A stretch of DNA of 64,000 nucleotides, taken from assembly GCF_009914755.1 (NCBI RefSeq), contig NC_060937.1; one strand, 5' to 3'. Positions within the stretch are counted from its first letter, which is position 1. Every line of letters starts with the position of its first letter. The stretch is from the human T2T-CHM13v2.0 reference genome, Homo sapiens. A model generated the notes under the pieces. The model made no database searches and was not told the DNA's origin. It worked only from the letters and a program-made list of their open reading frames with translations. The position numbers and the translations under genes are program-made. Of this stretch, positions 1 to 14,424 are shown in pieces.

Positions 1-95
1 ATGCACCCGTTCAGCCTGCACTTAGGGAGTTACACAAAGCGTGCACACTAAGAGGCAGTGATCTTGGGAGCCACCTTAGAATCCTGCCTACCACA
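1..95 (-). mobile_element. MaLR LTR 5' end (MLT1F/G/H-like), cut by the window edge
   Basis: The reverse complement starts tgtggtaggcaggattctaaggtggctccc, matching the recalled MLT1 start TGTGGTAGGCAGAATTCTAAGATGGCCCC. Confidence 0.7.
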
Positions 96-1554
96 CTGTT
101 CCATTATGTTGATGGTTGAATTAACTATCACAGGCCAGCAAATCAAACGAGATACTAGTGAGGAAAGGATCACATGCCACTTCCTAGCTAAGGCATGCAT
201 TCACATGATCCCATCAGTCAAGTCTTACATTTCTTATACTTCACGATGACCATATCCTGGTACACACAGGTCATGTTAAGGGTCTGTGGGACCCCTTCTA
301 ATGTTTTCTACTTCTTCTTTTCTGTTTTATTTTATATCTTTTTTTAAAAAAATCTGGTTATGACTCACGAAATAGATTTCACAAAATGGATTTTATGATT
401 CATGACAGGAAAAACAGTCTTAATGGAGACAGGTTTCAATTAGTAATCTGGAAACATTTTTCTTTACAGAAAAAACACTAAAATATATTTATGCAAAAAA
501 GTTTTTTCTGAATAAATCAATATGGACTAACTTATAGATGCAAATGGGTACACACCTGGGTAATCTTCAAAATTTATTTAAAATTATTACAAGACAATCA
601 GCAATATCACTACAGTCCTCAGGAGGGCAGCATCTGCTCTAGGTATATTTGAAACTTAAGTGTGCTCAGAAGTTTTCTAGTGACTAGGAATTCCGGTAAG
701 TAAATTACTTAGAGTGTATTAATCTAAGCAAACATTGGTTTATGCTTGGCAATTGAGAATCAGTCCTGTCAAAACCGTAAGTGCTATGATTTTTTTTTGT
801 CTGACCCAAGAGAATTAGTTGAATTCTTTTATTCCTTGCTTCTTTCTGCTTGCATTTTTCCTTTGTCCTGTCTGTCCCTCTCTGGCTTATAGTCTTGCAT
901 AGGTGGTCCAAGTAGGGCCCAATAACCATGGCGGCTGAGGACATGACAATCATAAATATTTTCTGCTAATTCAGAGTTGTTGTAAAGTCCCTCTCTTAAT
1001 TTCCACACTATGTTGACTTCCTGACTTCCTGCTGCATATGCCAACTGGTGGCTCCCTCAGTGCCTCTTTTGTGAACAGACAGGACTCTCTTAACCAGTGC
1101 ACAAGAGGAAGTGCTGCCCTGCAGATGACTCACCATGTTCTCTTATCTTCAAACTCTCAGGTGCTTGAGAGAGGCTTTTGCTGACCCACAAACACAACAA
1201 AATCAAGCTGTCTAATCTGATGTTCTTAGACAGTTAAGCCTTTCTAGGCTTAAATCTAAGTGTGACTATAGAAGGAAATATAGTATATTGAATCTGTTCT
1301 TCCCACCTCTGTTCTGGACCCACCATAGTCTCACCCTAAAATCATGGTCTGGGTTGACATCACTCTGTCACTAATCAACAGAAAATTGTCAGGAGGGTCC
1401 CACATACTCTAGTTAGACATAGAGCAAATTTCCTGCCCTTTGTTTTACTTACGTCCCTATTGTCACAGGTTATAATACTGGCCCTAAGTGTGTATTTGCT
1501 TCAAATAATTATATTTTGGGAGACATTGGGTTGACTGTATCATGTTCCTACACA

Positions 1555-1864
<310 letters not shown>

Positions 1865-1974
1865 TAAGGGCCTGAAGTCTGTTGAGTAGAGCTGCCTATG
1901 TGAATTTCATATTTTTTCTTTTTACCCATGTGCTACTTATAGAGTGTTGACACTTGATCTGCCTTCTCTTGCCT

Positions 1975-2260
1975 TTGGTCCTCTGCATTTGTTGCTTGCT
2001 CTGCTCAAAATGCTCTTCCCACAACCCTTTTCTTGTCTCCATTCCCTACTTCCAGAGTCACCTGATACCTCTTCGGGTATATCTTGGCTGTGACTACTAT
2101 GTCTTATAGCACCTTGACATGGTAGATGCTGATAGATTTGTCTGTCTCCCTCAACAGACTGTGCCCCTTCAAGACCAGGGCTATGTCCTCTTTCTAGAAT
2201 CTGTCATGGCAACTGACACCTAGTTGACATGCAACAAAACTTTGTGTATGAATTAAATCA
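1975..2260 (+). mobile_element. L2 LINE 3' end relic
   Basis: tttgtctgtctccctcaacagactgtg...cagggctatgtc...tatgaattaaat resembles the L2 3' terminus. Confidence 0.6.
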
Positions 2261-2785
2261 CAAGTAACTGCTGAGGCTGTTTTTGACCTTGAGTTGATCG
2301 ACAAGGTACTTGATATAATAGATAAGCTGTCGGTCAACAATATAGGTCTAATATGGGACCAATATAGGTAGAAAGAGGCCAGTATGGTGGTGATGATAGA
2401 CACATGTAGAATCTGAAGAGGTCTAGAGGGGTGTGGGTTGCAAATACAGCCCAATGCTTTGGTTCCGGGAGGGACAGGTGACAGGCCTTCAGCTTGGCGT
2501 GATTTTTTTCTGGTTTCTGGGACTACCAGGAAGGGACAATAGCCCTGTTGGCTACTTAAGTATGGGAGGAAGTGTGAACTCAGTAGAATGGCACTGGGAA
2601 ACGAGAGAGAACATGCACTCTGTAGCATGGGCTTGACTTGAACCCTGAGTGAAATTTGAAGAGAAGGAGCCTTATATTCTGAAGGAAAGGAGGATTAACA
2701 CACTGCCTGGTGGACAAAGACCCAAATATAAGTTTGCTAGAGCTCTTTACTCCTGGTTTGGGCTTTACTCCAAAATGCATGCTCC

Positions 2786-2798
2786 TTTTTTCCTTCTT

Positions 2799-2827
<29 letters not shown>
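2786..2827. repeat. Pyrimidine tract ending in T28
   Basis: Uninterrupted T run at 2800-2827. Confidence 0.95.
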
Positions 2828-2832
<5 letters not shown>

Positions 2833-3539
2833 CTCATTATAAAAACCCCAAATCCTCTTAGAAAGTTATTATAACCATTCAGCACCACACCCCTCCCTTC
2901 TCACACATGCTCTCAGGTCCCTTAACCTTAAGAGGCAACCCCAAACACTCATCTCCCCCACTGCTCAGGGACTGGCTTCCAGCAGCCCAGCTGGACCAAG
3001 CTCATTATCACTTCTTTCCCAGAAGTGACCCCTGCCAACAGGGTTGCTGTGCTTGAGTGCCTCAGCAACTCCAGAAGCAAGACTGTCATTTCAGTGCTTG
3101 AAAAGGAAATAGGCCTATGTGTAGAGAAAAGCAGTTTAGGATTTCACAGACCAGAAACATAGCATGGCAAGTTTCTATATTTTAAAATCCCAGAATCAAC
3201 CATTTTAAATCACAGTTTGGAGATAACTTCAAAACCTCTCTTATTTCTAAATACCAGAAATGAGCACATTTTAGAACTTGGATAGCTTCTCTCCTGTGAA
3301 TGCAGATATTCTCCCTTTGGTTATGGAATAGCAAACCCTTAGAGAATAAGAAAACTCAGATAGCTAACAGATGAAAGCTGAGTTGCTTTCCTGATATTAT
3401 AGAGTATACTGCAGTTGATGAAAATACAAAGTTTTTGTAATTCAGAACAAGTGTTTGAGGAAGGTGGTTCATTTTGGGTGCGTAGGTACACATGAGCACA
3501 AGGGGTGAGTTGAGCGTTTCTCCTTTAAACATTTTTTTT

Positions 3540-4572
3540 AAATTGATAAGTGGACCCTAATCAAGCTGAAGAGCTTCTATAGAGAAAGAGAGCTATCAAA
3601 GATGTAAACAGACAACCTAAAGATTGGGAGAAAATATTCACAAACTATGCATCCAACTAAGGTCTAATATCCAGAATCTATAAGGAACTTAAACAAATCA
3701 GGAAGCAAAAACCAAGTAATCCCATTAAAAATTGGGCAAAGAACATGAACAGAGACTTCTCAAAAAAAGATGTGTAAGTGGTCAACAAACATGAAAAAGT
3801 GCTCATCATCGCTAGTCCTCAGAGAAAGGCAAATCGAAACCACGAGATACATCTCATGCCAGTAAGAATAGCTGTTATTTAAAAGTCACAAAATAATAGA
3901 TGCTGGCCGAAGAGGCTGCAGAGAAAAGGGAATGCTTATAACACTGCTGGTGGGAATGTAAATTAGTTTAGCTGCTGTGGACAGTGATCTAGGGATTTCT
4001 CAAAATAAGAGTTGAACTACCATTTGACCCAGCAATCCCATTACTGGGTATATATCCAAAGGAAAATAAATTGCTCTACCAAAAGGACACATACACCCGT
4101 ATGTTCATCACAGTGCTATTCACAATAGTGAAAACATGGAATCAACCCAAGTGCCCATCAATGGTGGACTGAAGAAAGAAAGCATATACACCGTAGAATA
4201 CTATGCAGCCATAAAAAACGATAAAATCATGTCTTTCGTGAAACATGGTTGCAGCTAGACACCATTATTCTAAGTGAACTGATGCCGAAACAGAAAATAA
4301 AATATCGCATGGTCTTGCTTAAAAGTGGGAGTTTAACACTGGATACTCACGGACATAAAGATGGCAGCAAAGGACACTGAGGAGCATTAGAGGAGAAGGA
4401 GAGGGAGGAGGGCAAGGGCTGAAAAATCTACCTCTTGTGTACTGTGCTCATTACCAGGGTGATGGGTTCATTCATACCCCAAACCTTACCTTCATTCAAT
4501 ATACCCATGTTATAGACCGGCACATATACTCCCTGATCCTAAAACAAAAGTTGAAAAATAAAACAATAAAAA
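3540..4572 (+). mobile_element. 5'-truncated L1 (ORF2 end plus 3'UTR, L1PA16/17-like)
   Basis: ORF2 C-terminal sequence (gacccagcaatcccattactgggtatatatccaaagg), 3'UTR ggacataaagatggcagc...cctaaaacaaaagttgaaaaataaaa; degenerate TSD tttaaacatttttttt / tttaaaaattttgttt. Confidence 0.95.
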
Positions 4573-4619
4573 TAATTTAAAAATTTTGTTTTTCATTAAT
4601 ATTCCCCAAAAGAAGAGAG

Positions 4620-5230
4620 TATCAAAATAAGTACCTAAAACGCAAAACGTATGTATGATGTATGAAAAGATACAAGAGGTATTTTTCATAATAGCAAAAA
4701 ATAGGAAATAAACCAGATGAGAATCAAAATGATTCTCAAAATTATCAAAATAAATCAAATGAGAATCAAAAGGAATACGGGTAAAGAAACCACGGTACCT
4801 AGTGGAAGACCATGTGGTAATTAAACTGAATGAGCTAAGTTATGTGGAACAGCATAGAAAAATCTTGAAAACATAATTCTAAATGAAGAAAACAAGTGAA
4901 AAAGGATATGTTCAAAATGATAGCACTTATGCAAATGTTAATATTGAAACAAAATTAAAAAATCATATAAACTGTATGCAATTATAATACAACTGAAAAT
5001 TCCAAGAAAACTAAACCTCAAATTTCAAATAATGATTTTTCAGAGAGTTGGGGGGAAGATGAGGGATTGGGCTTGTAGTTGCAACTATAATATCATCTTT
5101 GTTTTTAAAAATTCTGGAGTCAATAGAGAAAGATGTTATTAAAGTTTATTGAATTTTTTCAATAGTACACAGAAGTCTGTTTTATTATATTTTGTGTTTT
5201 TGGTGGTTTTGAGACATAAAAATAAAATGA
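4620..5230 (+). mobile_element. Old L1M (L1ME/MD-like) 3' region relic
   Basis: ataatagcaaaaaataggaaataaacc...aaatcttgaaaacataattctaaatgaagaaaacaag, typical of old L1M 3' ends. Confidence 0.6.
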
Positions 5231-6434
5231 AGGAGACGTAAATGTAAGCATCTAAAAATTATGTGTCACATAAGAGTGGTTGTCAAAAGATTCAGCTCAT
5301 CCATTCTTAGCCTTTTCAAACAGAAACCCTATTTTATTAAATTGTGCCAACCAAAGCCATTCCTCTGTGAAATCATTGGAGGAAAGGAGAAGCTGCGGGA
5401 TGGAGAAGAAATGCAAACAAATACAAGTCTTTGGCTACCAGGAGGTTTTTATTTTCTCCCAAATGGGAGCTCTTTGAAGGAAAGGATTGTCTTTGATCTT
5501 CTTGTACCAATCCAGTGAATCCAGCCAAGTCCTAGGAACACAAAGACAGCTAAAAATATCAATAACAAAACGTTGAGCTGTTCTTATGAACAGCTCAAAG
5601 CAGGTTCACATGGATTCCCTCCTGTTGCCTCACTGGGGTCCTGAGAATCCCATTCAGATCATGTTACCAGCGCCACTCTGCCTTATCGCAATGGTCTCAT
5701 CCTTTTCAGTGTGGAAGCAGAAGTGCTTTGTTCTAAGAAAGATGACCTAGGAAATCCTGCTGAGATAGATGAGTCTGGATTGCATCAGGCTCATTACTGG
5801 ATTGATAAACGTCGAGAACAATGACAGTGTGTTATCTGCTGGATTTTATTGAAAGGAGCTTGCATTCAATACTCCTGATTGTGACAAGAGCCTGAGCACA
5901 TTTTCTCTCAGTGCCTACCATAACATTTCTGAGGGTTTGCACAGTGTCTGTCTATAAACTAGTGTTTTGAGGGTTCTCTGTGGGAAAGATGTAGTGAGAG
6001 TTATGCCAAGGTGATTCAGGAACACTAGAGGTTTTCCTTTCGTTCTTCTGTATATCTGTGCTCATGGGTCCAAGTTAGTCATCCTCTCTAGGTGAGAGAA
6101 GAGAAGTACACATGCTAAGCTCTGTTCCAAAAGGGTTGATCATTCATACCACAGGTTAGCTACTAAAGTAGAGAGCCAGAGAGCACCTGAATGTGCTGAT
6201 TGTTTTTTCACTCTGCAGAGATCTTTCTGCCATTCACCTCCTATTTAGTAAATTAGGATAAGAAAGTAAATAACTATCATCTTATGATTCACAGCAAATA
6301 GTTTGATTGTTTCCAAAACATAAAGAAAAAGCCCTGGATATAACTAATTTTACAGCTTTCTCAGGTTGCTGAGTGGTGGTGAAGTGGATGTTTCATGCTA
6401 GGCCTAGCAATCTCAACAAAAAAACAATTCTAAA

Positions 6435-6730
6435 GAATACAGAGAAGAGAGGTTGATTAATGGACATATATACAGTTAGAAAAAGTAAGAAATAGTGTTG
6501 GACAGATCAGTAGCATGGCTATAGTTAACAATAATCTTTTGTACATTTCAAAAGAGCTAGAAGAGAATAATTCAAATGTTTTTAGCATAAAGAAAATATA
6601 AATATTTAAGGGGATGAATATCCTAATTACCTCAGTTTGATCTAATTACCTCAATTCCACATTATATGAATGTATCAAATTATCACATGTTCCCCCAAAT
6701 ATGTATATGTATTATATATCAATTAAAAAA
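6435..6730 (+). mobile_element. L1MA-type 3' end
   Basis: ctatagttaacaataat...gtacatttcaaaagagctagaagagaa...aaattatcacatgttccccc...aattaaaaaa. Confidence 0.85.
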
Positions 6731-6865
6731 TTTAGATAACAGAAAATGGATCTTATAATTAGGAAAAATACAAAATAGCATTGTAAGTAGAAAAAAAAAG
6801 AATGCAGAGAAATTAAAGACATCAATCAACCTCTTTGTTGATTGTAGGTAGCAAATTATGACATG

Positions 6866-7071
6866 AGGAATTATCAGCAAATTACAGCCCATGGACCAAA
6901 TCCAGCCCATTACCTGACTTTGTAAATAAAGTTTTAAGGCAACATAGCCACGCTCATCCATTCATATGTTGTCTACAGCTGAGAAGAGTAGTTGCAACAG
7001 AGACCATATAGACCACAAAGCCTAAAATATTTTCCATGTAGCTTTTTATAGAAAAAGTTTGCCAACCCCTG
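6866..7071 (+). mobile_element. MER58A (hAT-Charlie MITE)
   Basis: cagcaaattacagcccatggaccaaatccagccc...tttgtaaataaagtttt...aaagcctaaaatatt...gaaaaagtttgccaacccctg matches the recalled consensus, including the right TIR. Confidence 0.9.
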
Positions 7072-8659
7072 AAGTACACAATATAAGTTTTGAAACAAAT
7101 GCTTTGACTATAAACATAAATTGATATTTAATCACTATTCTGTCTGGAAGCTAAGTGGAGCCTAATAGAAATGGATAGAACCCAAAGTCTCATCTCAATG
7201 ATCATGTCAACTTTTTAGTCAGTACTTGATATCTCATTACCTAAAGTCCTGCATCTTATCAGCCTATTCTGTCAAATAGGTCATGATGAGCAGGCAAGAG
7301 TTTGCATAGAAAAGCTAAAGGGAAATACATGATAATGAATAAACAGATACTTTCTAGAAAAACCAGTGTCAATCTACCTGCTGGAGATGTTGCTCTTGGG
7401 CATATGTTATTCAGCTTCAGGGATTTCAGAATTTCAGCTGTCAGCTGAGTCTTACTTGGCTCCTTAGTCAATCCTGACCAACTCGGCTTCATTCCCTTTA
7501 ACAGGTGGTTCCTGAAGTGATGCTAGAATTTGGTTGGCCTGAGGTCCTGATTGTTCTCTACTCTGCCTATGGGGATAAAGCCTCATCTAAAGCATGATCT
7601 ACATACCTAGGACTGTGACCACTTTTTATTCCCTACCTGCTCTTATACCTGCTAATACCCTGTCCCAACTGTATACTTTTCCTCCCTTCCTTAGTCAAAG
7701 CTCTCCAGGACCATGATTCTACCATGTAAGGATTTGAGACAACTCAGACCTCTTAGTAGTTAAAGCAGCCTGGATCCTAGCTGGATTTACATTTGCGCTC
7801 AGACAAACTCATCAGCAGTTAAACCATCCTGGATCTGTTGTCAGACACTGTGCTTTAAGCTTCTGGCCATTCCAGCAAAACCCTACCTTGCAGCTGAGTT
7901 AGCCTCTCTGGCTCATTCTCTAAAATTCCATGCTTGCTTCTCTTTCTCTGACAGCTTATTGTTGAAGGCCGGGGAAGCCTTTCAAATAAAAACATAAGGA
8001 TTTTGTCCACAGTCTTCCTAAGCTATGAAATATGAGCTTCAAATATTTGAAATAAACAGTGTAACTGAACAAGTCTGTTAAGAGATAAACCAGTCAAGCT
8101 AAGATATTTATCTAATGATTAAGCATCTTGCCTGTGAGCTCAGTTCCTCATGTGCATTTCAGACAGCTTTCTCAACTCCCTTCAGGGAACAGGAATTGGT
8201 ATAAGAAGTCTGAATCCTACTATCATGGAGTAATGGGGGGACTAATAATTCCCTCCAGCAGTGACTCCTGTACTCACTGGAGCCTGTGGCCTTGAAATAC
8301 CATTCCAGACCTCACAGGTGCTCACCAGAGTCCTGTGACACTGTCTTTGACTCAGGTAAGCACCTGTCACAGGGAATGCCCACTTACACTGCCCAATTCA
8401 TTTATCAAAAACCAGCATTGATGCCCCATTATTACCCAGCATTATGTGAGGGTAGGGCCAATCCAGCAGCCACTACTTAGTCAGATGTCTGCATATAGTT
8501 ACCTTACTTTTTGTTTAGATAACCCCAAGAGAAAGGTAACCATTCCCCAAAGTCCTCCGAGACCTAGTCATTTATAATGTCTGTAAAGATTCATCCTTCA
8601 AGGAAGATGCCTTCAAGAAGGCTAATTTTGTGGGTGGTCTTACTCTTCCCACTCTTGAC

Positions 8660-9592
8660 CCTCTAACCCACACTGATCCTTCAACACATAAGTCAGATTA
8701 TATTTCTTCCCTGATTAATTAATTTTTTAATTTTCCTTTTTTTTTTTTTTTTTTTTTAAAGAGACAGGATCTTGCTTTGTCACCCAGGCTGGAGTACAGT
8801 GACACTATTATAGCTCACTGCAGCCTTGAACTCCTTGGCTCAAGTAATCCTCATGCCTCAACCTCCCTAGCAGCTGGACTATAGGCACTTACCACAATAC
8901 CTGGCTAATTTTCTTTCTTTCTGTTTTGGGGGGCTAGAGGGTGTACAGATGGGGTCTTACTATGTTACCCAGGCCGGTCTCCAACTCCTGGCCTCAGGCA
9001 GTCTCCTGCCTTGACCTCCCAATGGGCTGGATCACAGCCTTGAGCCATTGTGCTGGGCCTCTTTCCTGATTAAAATGTCTTGTAACCATAGCAATTCTTA
9101 GGGCCCATGAGGCCCCATACAATCTGGCCTCTGCCTGCCTCTCCACACTCTTCACTCTCCCCATGTTTTTGCCACATTGGTGTGCATTTTGCATTCTGCA
9201 TTTGCTCGTCCCTCTGCCTGGAATTCTCTTCCCCAAGGTCTTTGTGTGGCCAAGCTCAATCTTATCATCCACATCTTAGCACAAATGTTACCTCCTCAGA
9301 GAAATCTTTCTGACCATTCTAGTTAAACTAGGCACCCCAAGGCCCACTCACTCTCTACTCCACTACTCTGTTTATTGTTTTCATTAGTACTTATGACTCT
9401 ATAGATTTATGTGTATTTATATTATTTATTTTATCTGTTCATCCATTCATTCATTTATTTATGTCTACATCCCAATGAGAATACTTCCAATGGAGGCAGA
9501 ATTTCATTTGTCTTGTTCACTACTTTATTTTCAGAGAATAGTAGTATGCTGTCAATAAATATTGTTGGACAAAAGATTGAATGAATTAATGA
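8660..9592 (+). mobile_element. L2 3' portion, split by an AluJ
   Basis: tccctctgcctggaattctcttcccc...aaatgttacctcctcagagaaatctttctgacc...tcaataaatattgttg...tgaatgaattaatgaa. Confidence 0.85.
8737..9059 (-). mobile_element. AluJ SINE
   Basis: J-type diagnostics atagctcactgcagccttgaactcc and ctcaagtaatcctc; TSD-like tcttccctgattaa / tctttcctgattaa. Confidence 0.95.
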
Positions 9593-10074
9593 AGCGGTGC
9601 CTAGTTTTCTCTACTTCTGCTTTCATCGCTCATTCATCTTTCAGAAAGTGTCTCATCTCTATTAGATCTTCAGGCACACACTGTCCATCAGAACTCATAT
9701 TTCATATGTACTTTCCAGAAAACCCCTAAATTAATATTGAAAAGGGCCTGCCATGTCTTGATGGACAAATAGGAAACTCAATTGAACATCTGTACTATTA
9801 TAGAATGCTAAAAAATTTGTTCCTCACAACATTCTCTGCTAAACGCTTATGTATTTCTACAAGTTTATGAAATTAAATAATGGAGATGAGCAGGCTATGA
9901 AAAGCTTAAAATGTACAAATTGAGGTTATATGTGCATTTCAGTGACATCACTTATGGATTTTCAGAAATTCATGCTCTTAACAGAAACTATTTTGATAGA
10001 AAATGGCAGCCAATATTTTGAAATGTTTCTAAGCCATGTTTGTAACTGATTTCAGTACAATTTGTCATGCAGGT

Positions 10075-10700
10075 TTATCAGCAAGGATTCAATCATAGAA
10101 GCAGAACCACACTGAGTAATAAAGGAGATTTATTATAGGGACTTACTTTCTGCAATTCCAGGAACTGGATAGGTTATTATGTAAGTTTGTTACTCCTAGT
10201 GCTGGTCTAAGTCAGTTGGGTGAGAAGTTGTAAAGCAAAGAAGGGCATGAAGCACAGGAGATCAAGAACAAACTGCAACCCATGAGGATAAATTAGAACC
10301 TGTGTTTATCTCTCATTGGGACTCATGGTGAGCTCTGACTGCTTCTAAGTTTCCTGCTTGGATGATGTGAGTGACTGCAAAAGAGCTGGTACCTGCACCG
10401 CTGAGAAGCTAAAGAAGATCTAGGAGGAGCTGGATGCTGAGGCCTGGATACTGCCCCATGCCAACAAGGTGACTCAGCTGATCTGGGACAATCTGCATGA
10501 TGTGAACTACAACAGTACCTGACTCTCAACTGATCTTCCCAGTGTGAGCATGACTGCTGCTTTTCTTCTACCATATAAATCTCACACAAGTTCCTCTTGT
10601 GGTTAATTCTAACTTAAACCATGCAGGGAAGGATATTTTGGGAAGTATAGTTCCAGTTTAGCTGACTTTACACAACACTAAGTCATCAAAGTAGATGGCA
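10075..10700 (-). mobile_element. ERVL solo LTR (LTR33/40/41 group)
   Basis: caaggattcaatcatagaagcagaacc...gagatttattatagg at one end and aaccatgcagggaaggatattttgggaagtatagttccagtttagctgac at the other. Confidence 0.7.
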
Positions 10701-11054
10701 TATACTACTACAGTTTACAGTTTATACAGCCATAAATATATAAATTTCTTTGAAACTAATTGATTCTAGGAGTCAGTAGACTTGAGTACTAGTCTAAACT
10801 ATCTCCAACCACAACTCTACCTTTAGAAAGTCTCTTAAATACCCTAACTTTAAGACATTACATTGATTAACTAAAGGCATTTAGATGATATCTTGAAGTG
10901 GCTTTTCAATGCCATCAGGTCCTGGCTGCAATATTTATCCTCTCATTTTAAAAAATATTTAAACAAAAAGTGTAAAGAAAACTCAAACTCAACCTATTAG
11001 CATGATCTTTGATAAATACTTAAATCTATATGTTGGTTCTAAATCTCAGTTTGG

Positions 11055-11130
11055 AAATACTTATTTTAGAGATATACACTGAACTCTAGATAAAATGATG
11101 CAATGTGTGGAGGTTTGCTTCAAAATAAAA
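11055..11130 (+). mobile_element. L1MC-like 3' fragment
   Basis: ttattttagagatatacactgaa...atgtgtggaggtttgcttcaaaataa. Confidence 0.55.
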
Positions 11131-11864
11131 AGTTTTTCCCCCCAAGATAGTGGATTCAAGGCTTTTAGCATGACTCAGTCACTTGGAAACAACAAGATAG
11201 TGCATAAAGATCAATTCTGTGACCTTTAATTCAAGAAGGAAAATGAGAATCTACTGAAATTGTGAAGCACACCCCAGATCTCAGGGAGGAGAATGCAGGA
11301 AAACAGCCTCTGTGACAGTGCCTTGCTGATAAAAGTGAGTGAAGCCTCAGTACATGAGAGAGGCAGAGAGCCTCCCTTTGTGACTCACCTTTCCACTGGA
11401 GATTTAAGGAACTCAGGCGGAGGGAGAGCACTTTGTTTCTCCCAATCCTTGGATCTAGCTTGGGGAGAGGCTTGGAGCTGCTGTAGGGGAAAGACACAGG
11501 AAAAAGCTGCAGGCATTTTCCCAGCCCTGGGACCAAGAGTAGGACGCCACTTTTAATCCGGGTGCATACAAAGTCAGCCATTCTTTAGCAACCCAACAGG
11601 GTAGCCATGTGGGCATTTTAGTCTCAGTTCGGGGATGGGAGCACTTTCTCTGGAGTGTAGTAGGAGCCTCCATAGCCAGAACTGTGGAAAGCTCCTTAGC
11701 AGAAGGTGCTAGAATTGTGCTTTCCCCTGTTGCAAGCTTGGGGTGGGAGGAGAGCTGCCACAGCTGCAGTTTCTCCTGGGTGATGAGACTTATAGCTGGG
11801 GCCAGCTTGATGACCTGGAACTGGTCTATGTGTGTCATTGGTGGGTGCCCCAGCCTGCTATCCT

Positions 11865-12400
11865 GAGATCACGGTGCAGTAGGGCTCTCTCTGTACCACC
11901 CCCATGCAGAAATTCAGGTATTTGGAGCAACAACTTGCCTGAATCAACAGCCTGAGCCACCTCACCCTTCATGGATATAGATCATGGTGCAGTAGGGCCC
12001 TCTCCACTCCATGCCCAGGCAGATCTACAGGTACTTAGAGCACTCCCTTACCTGCATCAGCAGCCTGAGACACCCTGTCCTTCCTGTGCAGAGATCCTGG
12101 TGCAGGTGTGACCTCTCTGCTGTATGCTCTAGCAGATCTCCAGACATCTCAAGGACTCACTCTCCCGTGGCACTCTGAGCCATCACACCTTCCCTGTGCA
12201 GAGACTGTGGTGCAAGGAAGACCTCTCTGCTACATGACCAGGCAGATCTCCAGGCATTCTGAGTTCCAGCTTCCTTGAAACAACAGCCTGAGCTGCCACA
12301 CCCTTTCTGTGCAGAGATCTTGCAGCAGGGGGGCCCTCTTTACTCCAAACCCAGGCAGATCTCCAGGTATCTGGAACACTCACTCACTTGGATTAAGAAT
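11865..12400 (+). repeat. About 5 diverged copies of a ~113-bp unit in the L1 5'UTR
   Basis: Unit (g/t)agatc..ggtgcag..cagatctccagg..cagcctgagc..ctgtgca recurs at about 11865, 11978, 12091, 12201 and 12314. Confidence 0.85.
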
Positions 12401-12985
12401 TTAGGCTGCCCTCCATCCCAGTCCAGATGGGGCACTGGGGCCAACTAAGTTTCCCATCTCCACACCTAGACAAACCGCTAGTGCTTGGTGGCTGCCCACT
12501 GGATTCTCCTTTGGCACTGGTGCTTGTGCCTGCCATTGGAGGACCTGCAGGCAGACCTGCCCAGTGTGACCCTGCCCATCTGATTCCCTGCCAGCCTGGG
12601 GCTGAGCAGGGAGCTCAGAGCACTGTGCACTCCATGAATCAGCCCATTGCCTGAGGCAACAGAGAGCTTCTGCCAGTAAACAAGGATCAATTAATATACA
12701 GAGCCACACTGGCTGCAGCTGGCTCTTACCCATAAGCACCATCAATTGGCTTGTAGGTTGAACTGGACAGCCCAATATAAAAGCCTGCTGACAAAAGTGC
12801 GTGGGGCTGTAGAAGCAAAGCCAAAAGACCCCACCCAGGATTCTCTACCGTCACTTTCCCTAGGCAGGGGGGATAGGGAAAGGGAAATAAAAAACCCCAG
12901 TAATATTATAGGGAAACAAATAAAAAGAAAAACAATCCACTTGCATGAAAATAATTACAAAAATTATAGGTGCCAGCACCTTCAG

Positions 12986-14290
<1,305 letters not shown>

Positions 14291-14424
14291 AGAACAATAC
14301 CGGCTGCTACAAAAAAAGACAAACAAACAAACAAACAAACAGAAAAACCACTTAAGTACATAGCTTGTAGACTCTGTAAAGCAACCACACAATAGTAACT
14401 ACAAAGCAACCAGCTAATAACTTC

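Noticed and set aside
8057-8391. Segment bounded by cagtgtaa ... ttacactg, suggesting LTR or TIR termini
   Set aside because: Only 8 bp of inverted match, no TSD, and no internal sequence I recognise; expected by chance.
11231-12775. Cluster of overlapping 66-127 aa ORFs in GC-richer sequence, and a repeat array superficially like CRISPR
   Set aside because: All lie in the L1 5'UTR. Higher GC explains the ORFs. Units are similar along their whole length with no unique spacers, and the DNA is mammalian.
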